NCBI GenBank assembly: GCA_965116025.1
Contig: OZ220480.1
Coordinates: forward strand, 64,001-128,000
Direction of reading: 5' to 3'
DNA length: 64,000 nucleotides
Source: an uncultured candidatus Porisulfidus sp.
GTDB lineage: Bacteria > Pseudomonadota > Gammaproteobacteria > Poriferisulfidales > Poriferisulfidaceae
The position numbers and the translations under genes are program-made. The notes under the pieces were generated by a model. It was not told where the DNA came from. It made no database searches and worked only from the letters and a program-made list of their open reading frames with translations. Shown here piece by piece: positions 20,871 to 30,936 of this stretch (position 1 is the first letter of the stretch; every line of letters starts with the position of its first letter).

Positions 20871-22049
20871 GTGAAATCACCACCCGCATCTCTTCACAAA
20901 CCCAAATCATCGCTAGGCTCCTGGTTGCGGCTACTCAGAAAAGCCCGGCAACACGCAACGCTCGAGATGATGCGACGCTGGTCTAATTGGAAACGAGATG
21001 CCTCGGAAGTTTATCGGCCAGAAGGCGTTCGCCGCATTTTGGTGACACTGCCGGGAGATGCCATCGGAGAGTCTTTGATGGCCAGCCTGTTTCTGAAAGC
21101 CGTTAAAACTTGCAGGCCTGACATTGAAATCTCCGTCGCCAGCGGAACTCAGACCGCTTCCTTGTATCGAGATTGCGATTCGGTGGACGATATGATTTCG
21201 GTGGGTGGTCGAAGGATGCGCCCCAAAGATCGTATGAATGCGCTTATTAGGGAAATCAAGAACAGAGAAAAATTTGACTTAGTCGCCGACATGCGCACGC
21301 GATTGGATGCCAGAACATTTTCTTTCATGGAGAAAATCGACGCGAGACACTACCTCGGCCATGCCAAGGAACACTATGCCTTGTTTAACCTCAACGTTCC
21401 TCCCAACGTGTCGCACACGTCGGAAAGATGGACGGCGGCATCTCAGATCGTAACAGGACAAGCCGAGCTCCCTTGCCAAAAACCGTCACCCCAAGACTTC
21501 TGCCTTCCAGTTGACACGAGGAAAGTTGAGATTGACCAGTGGCAGAACACCCTTCCTCCATCCAGAGCGCGGATCCTATTCAACTTTTATGGAAGCAGTC
21601 CTCACCGCTGCTTTCCATACCCAGAAGCTTTGCGATTGCTCTGTTCGTGGCAGGAAAGATTCCCCGATGATTTGCTACAGATTCTTCCGATACCGGGGCA
21701 CGAGCCAGAAGCGAGAAGGCTAGCGAGAGAAATTGGTCGCGAGCGTATCACGGTAGCTCCATCTCCGCTCTCCCTTCCAACATCCTTTACTTTGGCGTGC
21801 CAGGCTGACTTGATTTTCACTCCAGATACGGGAATGGTCCATATAGCATCTTCACTAAATACTCCAATTATCGCGATATATGATGACGACTCTCTTAATT
21901 TTTCGGAATGGAAACCCATAAGCGACCATCAAGCTGTCATTTTCACTCGGCCTCCTAAACAGCCGTACGAAAGGGTTGGTGTCCATGAATTCGATTATGC
22001 GGAAATGTGGAAAGCGGTTGATGGCTTATTCGCCAAGATTAATGTCTGA
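20871..22049 (+). CDS. Glycosyltransferase family 9 (heptosyltransferase-like)
   Basis: DAIGE..., ADLIFTPDTGMVHIASSLNTPIIAIY, WKP. Confidence 0.85.
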   Translation: MKSPPASLHKPKSSLGSWLRLLRKARQHATLEMMRRWSNWKRDASEVYRPEGVRRILVTLPGDAIGESLMASLFLKAVKTCRPDIEISVASGTQTASLYRDCDSVDDMISVGGRRMRPKDRMNALIREIKNREKFDLVADMRTRLDARTFSFMEKIDARHYLGHAKEHYALFNLNVPPNVSHTSERWTAASQIVTGQAELPCQKPSPQDFCLPVDTRKVEIDQWQNTLPPSRARILFNFYGSSPHRCFPYPEALRLLCSWQERFPDDLLQILPIPGHEPEARRLAREIGRERITVAPSPLSLPTSFTLACQADLIFTPDTGMVHIASSLNTPIIAIYDDDSLNFSEWKPISDHQAVIFTRPPKQPYERVGVHEFDYAEMWKAVDGLFAKINV

Positions 22050-22618
22050 CACGATATCATATCGCGTTAATCGAGTCAAGATTAATGTCTGAACGGCTAC
22101 ATCTCTCCCGTGGTCAACGAAACATCCAAAACACGTCTCGTCAGAGGAAAAGACTTTGACACGAAATACCTGCAAGGAAAGGTCTTGGACATCGGAGCGG
22201 GAGCAGACCGAATCTGCCAAAACGCGGAAGGATTTGACACTGATAACGGGGATGCCAATCGAATACTGGATTTTCGAACCAAAGAATCTTATGACACGGT
22301 GTACTCGAGCCATTGCCTTGAGCACATGCTCGATCCACCACAAGCATTGCGACAATGGTGGGAACTGGTAAAGCCTGGCGGATATCTGGTTATGGTGGTA
22401 CCAGACGAGGATCTATATGAACAGGGAATTTGGCCTAGTATTTTCAATACAGACCATAAAGCGACTTTTCGCATGAGCCCACTCCCCTCATGGTCACCTG
22501 TCTCATATGACATCGAGACGCTGGTTGCAGCGTTACCAAAATCATCAGTGATTTCTATTGAAAGGCACGACGCAGATTATGACTACCGCTTAATGGCCAA
22601 ACCGAGAGAAGCGTGGAG

Positions 22619-23950
22619 CCCAGTTTCAACTTTCAAGTGCAACAGCATTGTAACCCGGTGGAGAGCGGCGAGAGCGGCAGGATGACGAAGAGGATCGGGG
22701 GAAGGCGGCGAGGGTCGGTCGCCGGACGGGAAGAACGGCAGGATGGGGGAGAGGGTCGGGGGAAGCCGGCGACAGTCGGCCGCGTTCCGTCCGGGGAAGG
22801 CCGGCCTTCCCCGGACGAATCATCGCCGCGCCAACCTGCCCACTCGAATTTACAAAAGCCGGGACATCTCCTCTCGCCAGGCCCGAACCACCTCCGAATC
22901 CGCTCCGAAAAACGCCTCGTTCGGCGTGCGCCATCCCAAGCAGCGCCGAGGCCGGTTGTTCAGGCTGTCCTCCACCGCCCGCGCCTCCTCCTCCGAGATC
23001 GTGTCGAAGCGCCGCGACTTCGGGAAATACTGCCGGATCAGCCCATTCGCGTTCTCGTTGCTCCCGCGCTGCCAAGAGGAATACGGATCCGCGAAGTAAA
23101 ACTCCGCGCCCAGGAGGCGCGCCACCCGCCGGTGATCCGCGAACTCGGTTCCATTGTCCGAGGTCAAGGTCAGAACCCGGTCCTTCAACGGCGCCAGCAT
23201 GCCGATGATCGCGTCCGCCACCGCGCGCGCCGAGCGCCGGGGCAACCGCTTGAAGCGCACCAGCCGCGACTTGCGCTCGAGCAGCGACGCCAGAACCCCA
23301 CTGCCACGCCGTCCGATCACCGTGTCCGCTTCCCAGTCTCCCAGCCGCGAGCGCGTCTCCACCACCTCCGGACGCTCCTGGATCGGCACCCGCCCCGGAA
23401 TGCGCGACCGGCCCTTCCCGCGCCCATACCGCCGGCGCCGACGGTGGCCTTGCCGCAAATACAGATACAGGTCGCCGCCCCGCCGCCGATCCGCCCATAC
23501 CCAGCGGTAGATGAGCTCGTGGCTCACCTTCGCCAAGCCCTCCTTGTCCAGCCACGCGCTGATCTGCTGCGGGCTCCAGCCCTGCTTCAGCAGCTTCTTG
23601 ACCCGCCTCCACACCGCCGGCGAGACCCGCCGCCGAGCCCGCTTCTGGCGGCGCTCTTTCGCCTTTCGGCACGCCAGCTCGGCCCGGTATCGTCCGCTCC
23701 GAGCGTCGGCGTTCCGCTTCAGCTCGCGGCGCACCGTGCCGCGGTCGACGCCGATCCTTCGCGCCACCTCCGCCTGGCTCATGTCGAGGCCCCGCAGCGC
23801 CTCGATCTGGTAACGTTGGGTCTTGGTGAGTTGCGTGTAACTTCTCATAAGCGCCTCTCTCGGGGGCGGTTTTTGACAATGAGACCTTACCGCAACTCAT
23901 CGCCTACACCGCCATTCTTCGGAGTGTTGCACTTGAAAGTTGAAACTGGG
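22619..23950 (-). mobile_element. Complete IS30-family element (1332 bp)
   Basis: Perfect 26-bp terminal IRs (CCCAGTTTCAACTTTCAAGTGCAACA); GAG target duplication at 22616-22618 and 23951-23953. Confidence 0.96.
22850..23848 (-). CDS. IS30-family transposase
   Basis: HTH (TVRRELKRN), GDWEADTV, SDNGTEF, RGSNENANG. Confidence 0.95.
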   Translation of the reverse strand: MRSYTQLTKTQRYQIEALRGLDMSQAEVARRIGVDRGTVRRELKRNADARSGRYRAELACRKAKERRQKRARRRVSPAVWRRVKKLLKQGWSPQQISAWLDKEGLAKVSHELIYRWVWADRRRGGDLYLYLRQGHRRRRRYGRGKGRSRIPGRVPIQERPEVVETRSRLGDWEADTVIGRRGSGVLASLLERKSRLVRFKRLPRRSARAVADAIIGMLAPLKDRVLTLTSDNGTEFADHRRVARLLGAEFYFADPYSSWQRGSNENANGLIRQYFPKSRRFDTISEEEARAVEDSLNNRPRRCLGWRTPNEAFFGADSEVVRAWREEMSRLL

Positions 23951-24190
23951 GAGACCCAAAACTTTTCTCGTCAAATATCTCTACCGAATCGCGCGCCAAG
24001 CACCTAAAGACATGCGACCCACTTGCCGAAAATGGGTCGATAGATACGCCCGCTTCCGAAAGATTCCAGTCGATCAAACCCTCGGGCCGGCTTTAGCGCA
24101 AATTCAAGTCATAGCCCAAAAGCGAAAAAGCCAGAATGAACAATCGAAGATTGACCATCAGAATGATTCTTGAAAATGTCGCTATCCGAA

Positions 24191-25762
24191 TCATCCACCC
24201 GAAGCCAGCCCATGATCGCTATAGACTTTGATGTGTTCCCCAGCTATTAGCTCCGGACTATACTCTTTCGCCCTTTCTAACCCTTTCTCCGACATATCTC
24301 GCCGCAATCTCTCTGATCCACGCAAGTGGAGCAATTGCTCCGCCAATGCCTTCGCGTCCCCAGGCTGGACCAAAATCCCACATTCATCAGTGACGACCTC
24401 TGGAATTCCATCCACCCGGCTCGCCACGATAGGAACTCCCGCGCGCAATGCGTCCAGAAGCGTAGATCCCAAAGGCTCGACCAAAGAAGGAAAAGCGAAA
24501 AGATCAAAGGCAGAAATCCATGTGATCGGGTCTTCAACCCAACCCGCGAAATGCACGTTGCTCAGTCCGTCAGATAGCTGACGGAATTCACCTTCCAGAC
24601 GACCGCTCCCCAGCAATACAAATTGGATGTCCTGCGCGTCTCTCTGCAAGAGACGCGCCGCTTGCAGCAGTACGGAATGTCCCTTCTCCGGGCCATCCAT
24701 CGCGGCAACGTGTCCAATGATGAATTTGTCTGGAAACATTCTTTTGATATCCCACACTTTCTTTGGGTCTGGATATTCTGGATTCCAGGCATCTGGAATA
24801 CGGACGATGGAGATATCCGGGAAACGCTCCCTAAGTCCCCCTTCGACCGCCTTCGTCAAGGCAATTACGGTCCGCGCGGCGCGGTATACGGCAGAACTGC
24901 AAAAATTGGATCGCACCGGTTTCGTTAACCGGCGCGTTATCAGGTATGGTTTGCCAAACAGACCTGCGACATACGCCACTTGCGCCGCATGAGCCTCATG
25001 TGCGTGCAGCAAGGCCGCGCCCCGACAAGCGAAAATCGCCGCAACTCGATTTCCTACCTGACGAATTTCCAGATTTTCACCGCTACGAAATCGGCGCGCC
25101 AAGGGTCCGTGTCGCAGAACGATGACGCGTTGTTTAGATATGCCCTGTTTCGCGAGCGCATCAACCAGTATCTTCGTTTGCCGCTCACCCCCTCGTAGCT
25201 TCGGGTCGCGAGCCAAATTAATGTGACATAGCGTAATGTCGTCGCGAACATGTCCTTGATCCCATAATTTAGCGTGATACTCGGGAGACTGCGTCGCGCG
25301 GCGGCGTATCAGCCAGAAAGGCCCGATGAGATTCCGATAGGTTTTTGATTCGTACCAACACTCCCGAAAACGCCAAAAAATACTCCAGACCACCCTAGTA
25401 TCAAACGACAAATCAACTACCAAGTTTCGCGACACTTGCAATTCAAACCAATCTCTGTCGTGCAACCGGAATCTGTCTCGCAACTTGCATGGAGCGACGA
25501 TTTCAATGATATGCAGAGGATAGCCTTTCGCCCGTTTAATCAAGCAACGCATTCCGTCAATTTCACAGGCCCAGAAAAACGCTCGTGGCCCCAGCATGAA
25601 CTCAACCCGCTCCGGGTTAAACCGGATCGGTTTCTCTAACGCCAAATTCAGGCTCCTTCGCTCAGGGGGCCCACCAAAAAAATTGATAAAGGAGAGAGGG
25701 GGAGGAGAATCCTGCTTCGAGTAGATACCACGCCCACTGAGCACGCGACCACGCAAAATCAT
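24191..25762 (-). CDS. Fusion of a CTP-dependent riboflavin kinase-like (DUF120) N-domain and a GT4 glycosyltransferase
   Basis: N-terminal GRVLSGRG, SLNLAL, IIEIVAPCKLRDRFRLHD. C-terminal RGGERQT, KGHSVLL, FAFPSLVEPLGSTLLDA, SRVDGIPEVV. Confidence 0.78.
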   Translation of the reverse strand: MILRGRVLSGRGIYSKQDSPPPLSFINFFGGPPERRSLNLALEKPIRFNPERVEFMLGPRAFFWACEIDGMRCLIKRAKGYPLHIIEIVAPCKLRDRFRLHDRDWFELQVSRNLVVDLSFDTRVVWSIFWRFRECWYESKTYRNLIGPFWLIRRRATQSPEYHAKLWDQGHVRDDITLCHINLARDPKLRGGERQTKILVDALAKQGISKQRVIVLRHGPLARRFRSGENLEIRQVGNRVAAIFACRGAALLHAHEAHAAQVAYVAGLFGKPYLITRRLTKPVRSNFCSSAVYRAARTVIALTKAVEGGLRERFPDISIVRIPDAWNPEYPDPKKVWDIKRMFPDKFIIGHVAAMDGPEKGHSVLLQAARLLQRDAQDIQFVLLGSGRLEGEFRQLSDGLSNVHFAGWVEDPITWISAFDLFAFPSLVEPLGSTLLDALRAGVPIVASRVDGIPEVVTDECGILVQPGDAKALAEQLLHLRGSERLRRDMSEKGLERAKEYSPELIAGEHIKVYSDHGLASGG

Positions 25763-25819
25763 GAGTTTATAATGACAACCGCTCCGGCATGGAGATTATT
25801 CGATATGGCTAGAATTAAA

Positions 25820-26811
<992 letters not shown>

Positions 26812-26955
26812 TCTACTTTGCCTAAAAAATTGGCGGTTGGATCGTCCTGAAAACGCTACACTTTCATATTGGTTCTTGCCGCATGGAAGCGCAAACTTGC
26901 TCCAAGATGCACATCGCATGCCTCGCCATCATCCCCCAGCCTTCGGATCCTGAAG

Positions 26956-27275
26956 CCCAGTCTCAACTTTCAAGTGCAACAGCATTGTAATCCAGTGAAG
27001 AGCGGCGAGGACGGTAGGATGACGAAGAGGATCGGGGAAAGCCGGCAAGGGTCGGTCGCGTTCCGTCTGGGGAAGGCCGGCCTTCCCCAGACGGATCAGC
27101 ACCGCGCCGACCTTCCCCCTCGGATTTACAGAAGCCGGGATATCTCCTCCCGCCAAGCGCAAACCACCTCGACTCCGTGCCGAAAAACGCCTCGTTCGGC
27201 GCGCGCCATCCCAAACGGCGCCGAGGCCGGTCGTTCAGGCAATCCTCCACCACCCGCGCCTTCTCCTCTGAGATC
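26956..27275 (-). mobile_element. Diverged IS30 remnant (3' end and one IR)
   Basis: IR CCCAGTCTCAACTTTCAAGTGCAACA; similar to 22619-23000; cut off by an IS1111-type left end. Confidence 0.85.
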
Positions 27276-27606
27276 GTGATGGGATGGTTCGCCCTGCTTC
27301 CCTGCTTGGCCTTGAGCGAGTGCAATGAGCATATGACCAACCCATCGCGAAAGCGGCACGACCCTTATGAAACAGACTCCACCTCAACTTGCCATCGCCC
27401 ATCTGGGCGTGGACCTGGGCAAACAGGCGTTTCCATGCTTGCGGCATGACGCGCGCCGGCAGGATCGTGCTGGAGAGGCGGTTCACGCGGGCTTAGTTGG
27501 AACGCTTCGCGGAGGAGCTGCCGCCGTGTCGGGTCGGGCTGGAGGCCTGCGGCGGCGCGCATCATTGGGCGCGGCTGTTCCGGCGTCAGGGGCATGACGC
27601 GCGGCT
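27276..27606 (+). mobile_element. IS110/IS1111-family remnant (left end and DEDD N-terminus; frameshift plus TAG)
   Basis: LGVDLGKQAF, VGLEACGGAHHWAR; homologous to the reverse complement of 31975-32305. Confidence 0.85.
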
Positions 27607-27765
27607 GTATCACAAGGCGCGGGCGGCGCTGGTTCGGGAGGCACCTCCGCGCCGCTTCCGGCCGCGGAGCCGGCGGCCATTCTTCCCCACGAACGCCCGT
27701 CGGCGCCACGGACGGCCCGAAATCATGCGAAAATCCTCCGCGCGGGGGTTTTATGCCAAGCACTA
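27607..27765 (+). mobile_element. Right end of an IS5-like element
   Basis: TTTATGCCAAGCACTA (27750-27765) is a 15/16 inverted match to TAGTGCTTGGCAGAAA at 30305. Confidence 0.6.
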
Positions 27766-27888
27766 GATATTCTCTGAATAATCCCATCCATGGTATTATT
27801 CATTGCCCGGATTCGATGACTTGCGCCATCGAATCTAGCGGCACATCTGGAAGCTCTGGCTTGATCAGAGCTTCCCTAGCGTATTGAT

Positions 27889-28305
27889 ATGAGGGAGGAA
27901 TTTCAAAGGACCGTTGAACACCTGAAAATGGTACAAGGCGTTGTTACCCACATGGCGGGTAACAGTGCGCAAATGAAGACATGGACCGTATCTCTGGTTA
28001 CTGCGTGCCTCGTCTTTTCGGGGCTATCAGATGACCCACACTGGTTGATTGGTGCTGGGGGCTGCGTTTCGGTCATCGCCTTCTGGACGATGGATGCCAG
28101 ATACCTTCACCTTGAGAGGTGTTACGTCAAGCTCCATGAAGCTCTTGTTTCCAGAGAGCCAGTCGAACCTTTTGATCTGGATTATCGATCTTACTCGGCG
28201 AGAGTTGATTCTGTCTATAGGATTGCGTGTTCTTGGTCCGTCAGTACATTTTACGGTTCCCTACTCGTAGTGATGATCGCGCTACTTGTATATCTCGCAC
28301 TTTGA
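27889..28305 (+). CDS. Small multi-TM protein, putative TIR-associated effector
   Basis: HLKMVQGVVTHMAGNS..MKTW, FWTMDARYLHLER, three hydrophobic stretches; lies 9 bp upstream of a TIR gene. Confidence 0.68.
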   Translation: MREEFQRTVEHLKMVQGVVTHMAGNSAQMKTWTVSLVTACLVFSGLSDDPHWLIGAGGCVSVIAFWTMDARYLHLERCYVKLHEALVSREPVEPFDLDYRSYSARVDSVYRIACSWSVSTFYGSLLVVMIALLVYLAL

Positions 28306-28314
28306 GGAAGCACG

Positions 28315-28572
28315 ATGGCACGAAGAGTCTTCTTTAGTTTCAAGTACGAGCCAGACGTTTTCCGCGCGATGGTCGTACGAAACAGTTGGGTAACACAAGG
28401 CAAGGAAGCTACCAGGTTCGTGGATGCCGCCAATTTCGAGAAATTAAAAAAACAGGGGGATTCGTCCAAGGTCAGGATGTCTGATCTTAGCTCTTTCGCC
28501 AAATCTCGGACAAATCTGGCTTTCTCAGCATCAGTGGCAGACATATCTTCGTTTCGCTCGTCAGTCCAATAG
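28315..28572 (+). pseudogene. ThsB-like (DUF1863) TIR protein, truncated after ~49 aa
   Basis: MARRVFFSFKYEPDVFRAMVVRNSWVT...FEKLKKQGD, after which similarity is lost at ~28461. Confidence 0.75.
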
Positions 28573-28932
28573 ACTCTTTAGATTTTCCCAATTCCAGCGA
28601 TAAAGTCTCCCTGCATAAGGTACAGCGGTATAGTCTCCATTCTTATAACCGATAATCTGAACGATGTGCTTGTTGGCACTTCGTGCCATTTGGACTTCTT
28701 TTAGAACTCCATGCGCGAGATGCGTATTAGGCCCTACCATTACAATCACAATGTCAGACCGTTTTATCGCCGTATTGGCTTTTTCCTCCCAGTTTCTTTC
28801 AGGAGCAGCTTCCTTCAACGAATGATCTACGACCTCAAATGGCGAGTCAGGCAACTTGGATTGACCAATAATGAAGTCTTTCAACCGCCTATCGTTGTCA
28901 AAATCAAAACTTACAAACACTCGTTTCTTCAC
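28561..28932 (-). CDS. ThsB-like (DUF1863) TIR-domain protein, 123 aa
   Basis: GTG start with GGGAG RBS. KRVFVSFDFDND...DHSLKE...IKRSDIVIVMVG..T....GVLKEV (catalytic Glu)...YRWNWENLK. Confidence 0.8.
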   Translation of the reverse strand: MKKRVFVSFDFDNDRRLKDFIIGQSKLPDSPFEVVDHSLKEAAPERNWEEKANTAIKRSDIVIVMVGPNTHLAHGVLKEVQMARSANKHIVQIIGYKNGDYTAVPYAGRLYRWNWENLKSLLD

Positions 28933-28948
28933 AATTCTTTTCTCCCTC

Positions 28949-30297
28949 CCCGTTTGAACTCCGAAGTGCATAAGCCCCCAGTGGTGGGCGGCGCACTTCT
29001 TTCCAAGGGGGGATGATAGCAGAAGACGATGGTGGGGCGAGAGAGCGGGCGGGATTTCGCAGTGAGGGCGGAGCCCGAACGGAGAAATCCCGCCCGACGC
29101 CCGGAACGCCCCCTCGCGGCGGCGCGGCAGGGCGCCCGCCGGACGCGTCTCGAGCCGCGCGCGGGCTGCCCCTCTCCGATCCAGAGGACCCTGACCCCCG
29201 ACCCCGCTCAGCCGGAAGAGGTCGCCTCCAGCGCCTCGTGGAACGCCTCCGCTGGCGTCCGATAGCCAAGCGCCCGCCGGGGGCGGGCGTTCAGCCGATC
29301 CTGCACTTGCCGAACCTCCGCCGGCATCACCGCCCGCAGGTCCGTCGACTTCGGGAAACGCTCCCGCACCAGCCCGTTCGTATGCTCGTTCAGGCCGCGC
29401 TCCCACGAGTGGTACGGCCGAGCGAAGAAGAACAGCGCCGACAGCGCCTGGGCGATCTTCGCATGGCCGGCGAACTCCTTGCCGTTGTCGGCGGTGATCG
29501 TGTGCGCCAGCGCCTTCACCGGAGCCAGGCGGGCGCTCACCGCGGCGCTCACCGCCGACGCGGTGCGAGCCGGAACCCAGTGAAGCGGCGTGAACTTCGT
29601 CGCGCGCTCCACCAGCGAGACCAGCGCCCCGCGCTGCCGCGCGCCGATGATCGTGTCGACCTCCCAGTCGCCAACGCGGCTCTTCTCCTCGACCACCGCC
29701 GGACGCTCCGAGATGTCCACGCGCCCGGGGATCACGCCCCGGCCGCAGCCGTCTCGCCCGCGCCGGTTCGCCTTCTTCCCTCGGCGCCGAAGGAGCCGGT
29801 GCAGCTTCCCGCCCGCTTTCCGGTCCGCCCACGCATGGTGGTGGATCCACGCCGCGCTGACCTTGAGCGTCCCTTCCCGCAACAGCCGCCCCGCCACCTG
29901 TTGCGGACTGTGGCCGAGCGACAGCCGCTCCCCCACCAGATCCCATAGCCCCTCGACATCTCGCACGGAACCGAGGACGCTTGATGGCGCCGCCGTTCCG
30001 ACATCTCATGCGCCTGCTCGGGACAGTACCCTTGCTCTCCAGCGTTCCGCTTCAGCTCGCGGCTCACCGTCGATCGCGAGCAGTCGACCAGCGCCGCGAT
30101 GTCCTGTTGCGGCAGCCCGCTGTCATGACAAGCTCGGATCTGGCGCCGAGCCGCGTAATCCAGATGACGATACCCTTTGGGCATGGGGGACCCTCCTTGT
30201 CTTGCCGACAGAGAGCGTCGCCGCTTCCCACGCGATCCGCAACGCGGAGCGAGTTTTCCGCGCTACCATAAGGCTATGCACTTCAGAGTTTAACGGA
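28949..30297 (-). mobile_element. Second, distinct IS30-family element with frameshifted transposase (29208-30184)
   Basis: Imperfect IRs CCGTTTGAACTCCGAAGTGCATA / TATGCACTTCAGAGTTTAACGG. Motifs STVSRELKRN, GDWEVDT, ADNGKEF, RGLNEHTNG; frame break near 29960. Confidence 0.88.
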
Positions 30298-30304
30298 CCC
30301 TAAT

Positions 30305-30936
30305 TAGTGCTTGGCAGAAAATTATAACGCCTGCATATCCTCTTGATTCTTATTATTTAAATCCCCATATCCTTAACTGAAGAATCGCCCGGGCCCGGCG
30401 GGTTTCGGCGATTTTCCCCGTTTTCCGGCGATTTCGCCCAAATCTTCGAGGATTCCATGAGACGGTTCGAGACCCCGCAACGCCAGTTCGGCCAGATCGA
30501 GATTCTGGACGTTCAGTTCAACCCCAAGTCGCGCGACGACGTCCCGGCGCTCCTGATGGGGCTGCAGCACCTGTACCGAACGCGGCGCGAGGAGCTGCGC
30601 GCGCTGCTGGACCGCCACATCCTCCCGGACGCGAACCGCCGCGTCGGGCGCCCGGGGATGGACTTGTGGAAGGTTCTGGTTCTGGGCGCGCTCAAGCAGG
30701 GGCTGGGGCGCGACTGGGACCGCCTTCAGGAGTTGGCGAACGAGCATCAGACCTTGCGCGAGATGCTCGGGCATGGCTGGCTCGAGCGCGCGCGCTACGA
30801 GCGGCAGAACCTGATCGACAACGTCAGTTTGATGATGCCGGAGCTGCTGGCGGAGGTGAACGCGCTGCTGGTGGCCAGCGGGCACGAGGTGGCGCGAAAA
30901 AAGCCTGGCGCCGCCTTGGCCGCGCGCGTTGATTCC
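30305..30936 (+). mobile_element. IS5-like element, left part (transposase N-terminus from 30457), truncated
   Basis: SRDDVPALLMGLQ, GRPGMDLWKVLVLG, HQTLREMLGH; ends at ARVDS where the IS1111 end begins. Confidence 0.72.

Larger units (their letters stand above)
22110..24173 (+). pseudogene. Class I SAM methyltransferase split by IS30 (22110-22618 plus 23954-24173)
   Basis: VLDIGAG, DTVYSSHCLEH, VKPGGYL. Removing the IS and one GAG restores ...KPREAWRPKTFLVKY...ALAQIQVIAQK. Confidence 0.85.

Noticed and set aside
22626-23900. 424-aa second ORF inside the IS30
   Set aside because: Gly/Ala/Arg-rich alternative frame of a GC-rich transposase with no motifs.
28561-30009. 482-aa ORF suggesting a transposase-TIR fusion
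   Set aside because: The upstream part is an off-frame read of the IS30; the TIR has its own RBS and GTG at 28932.
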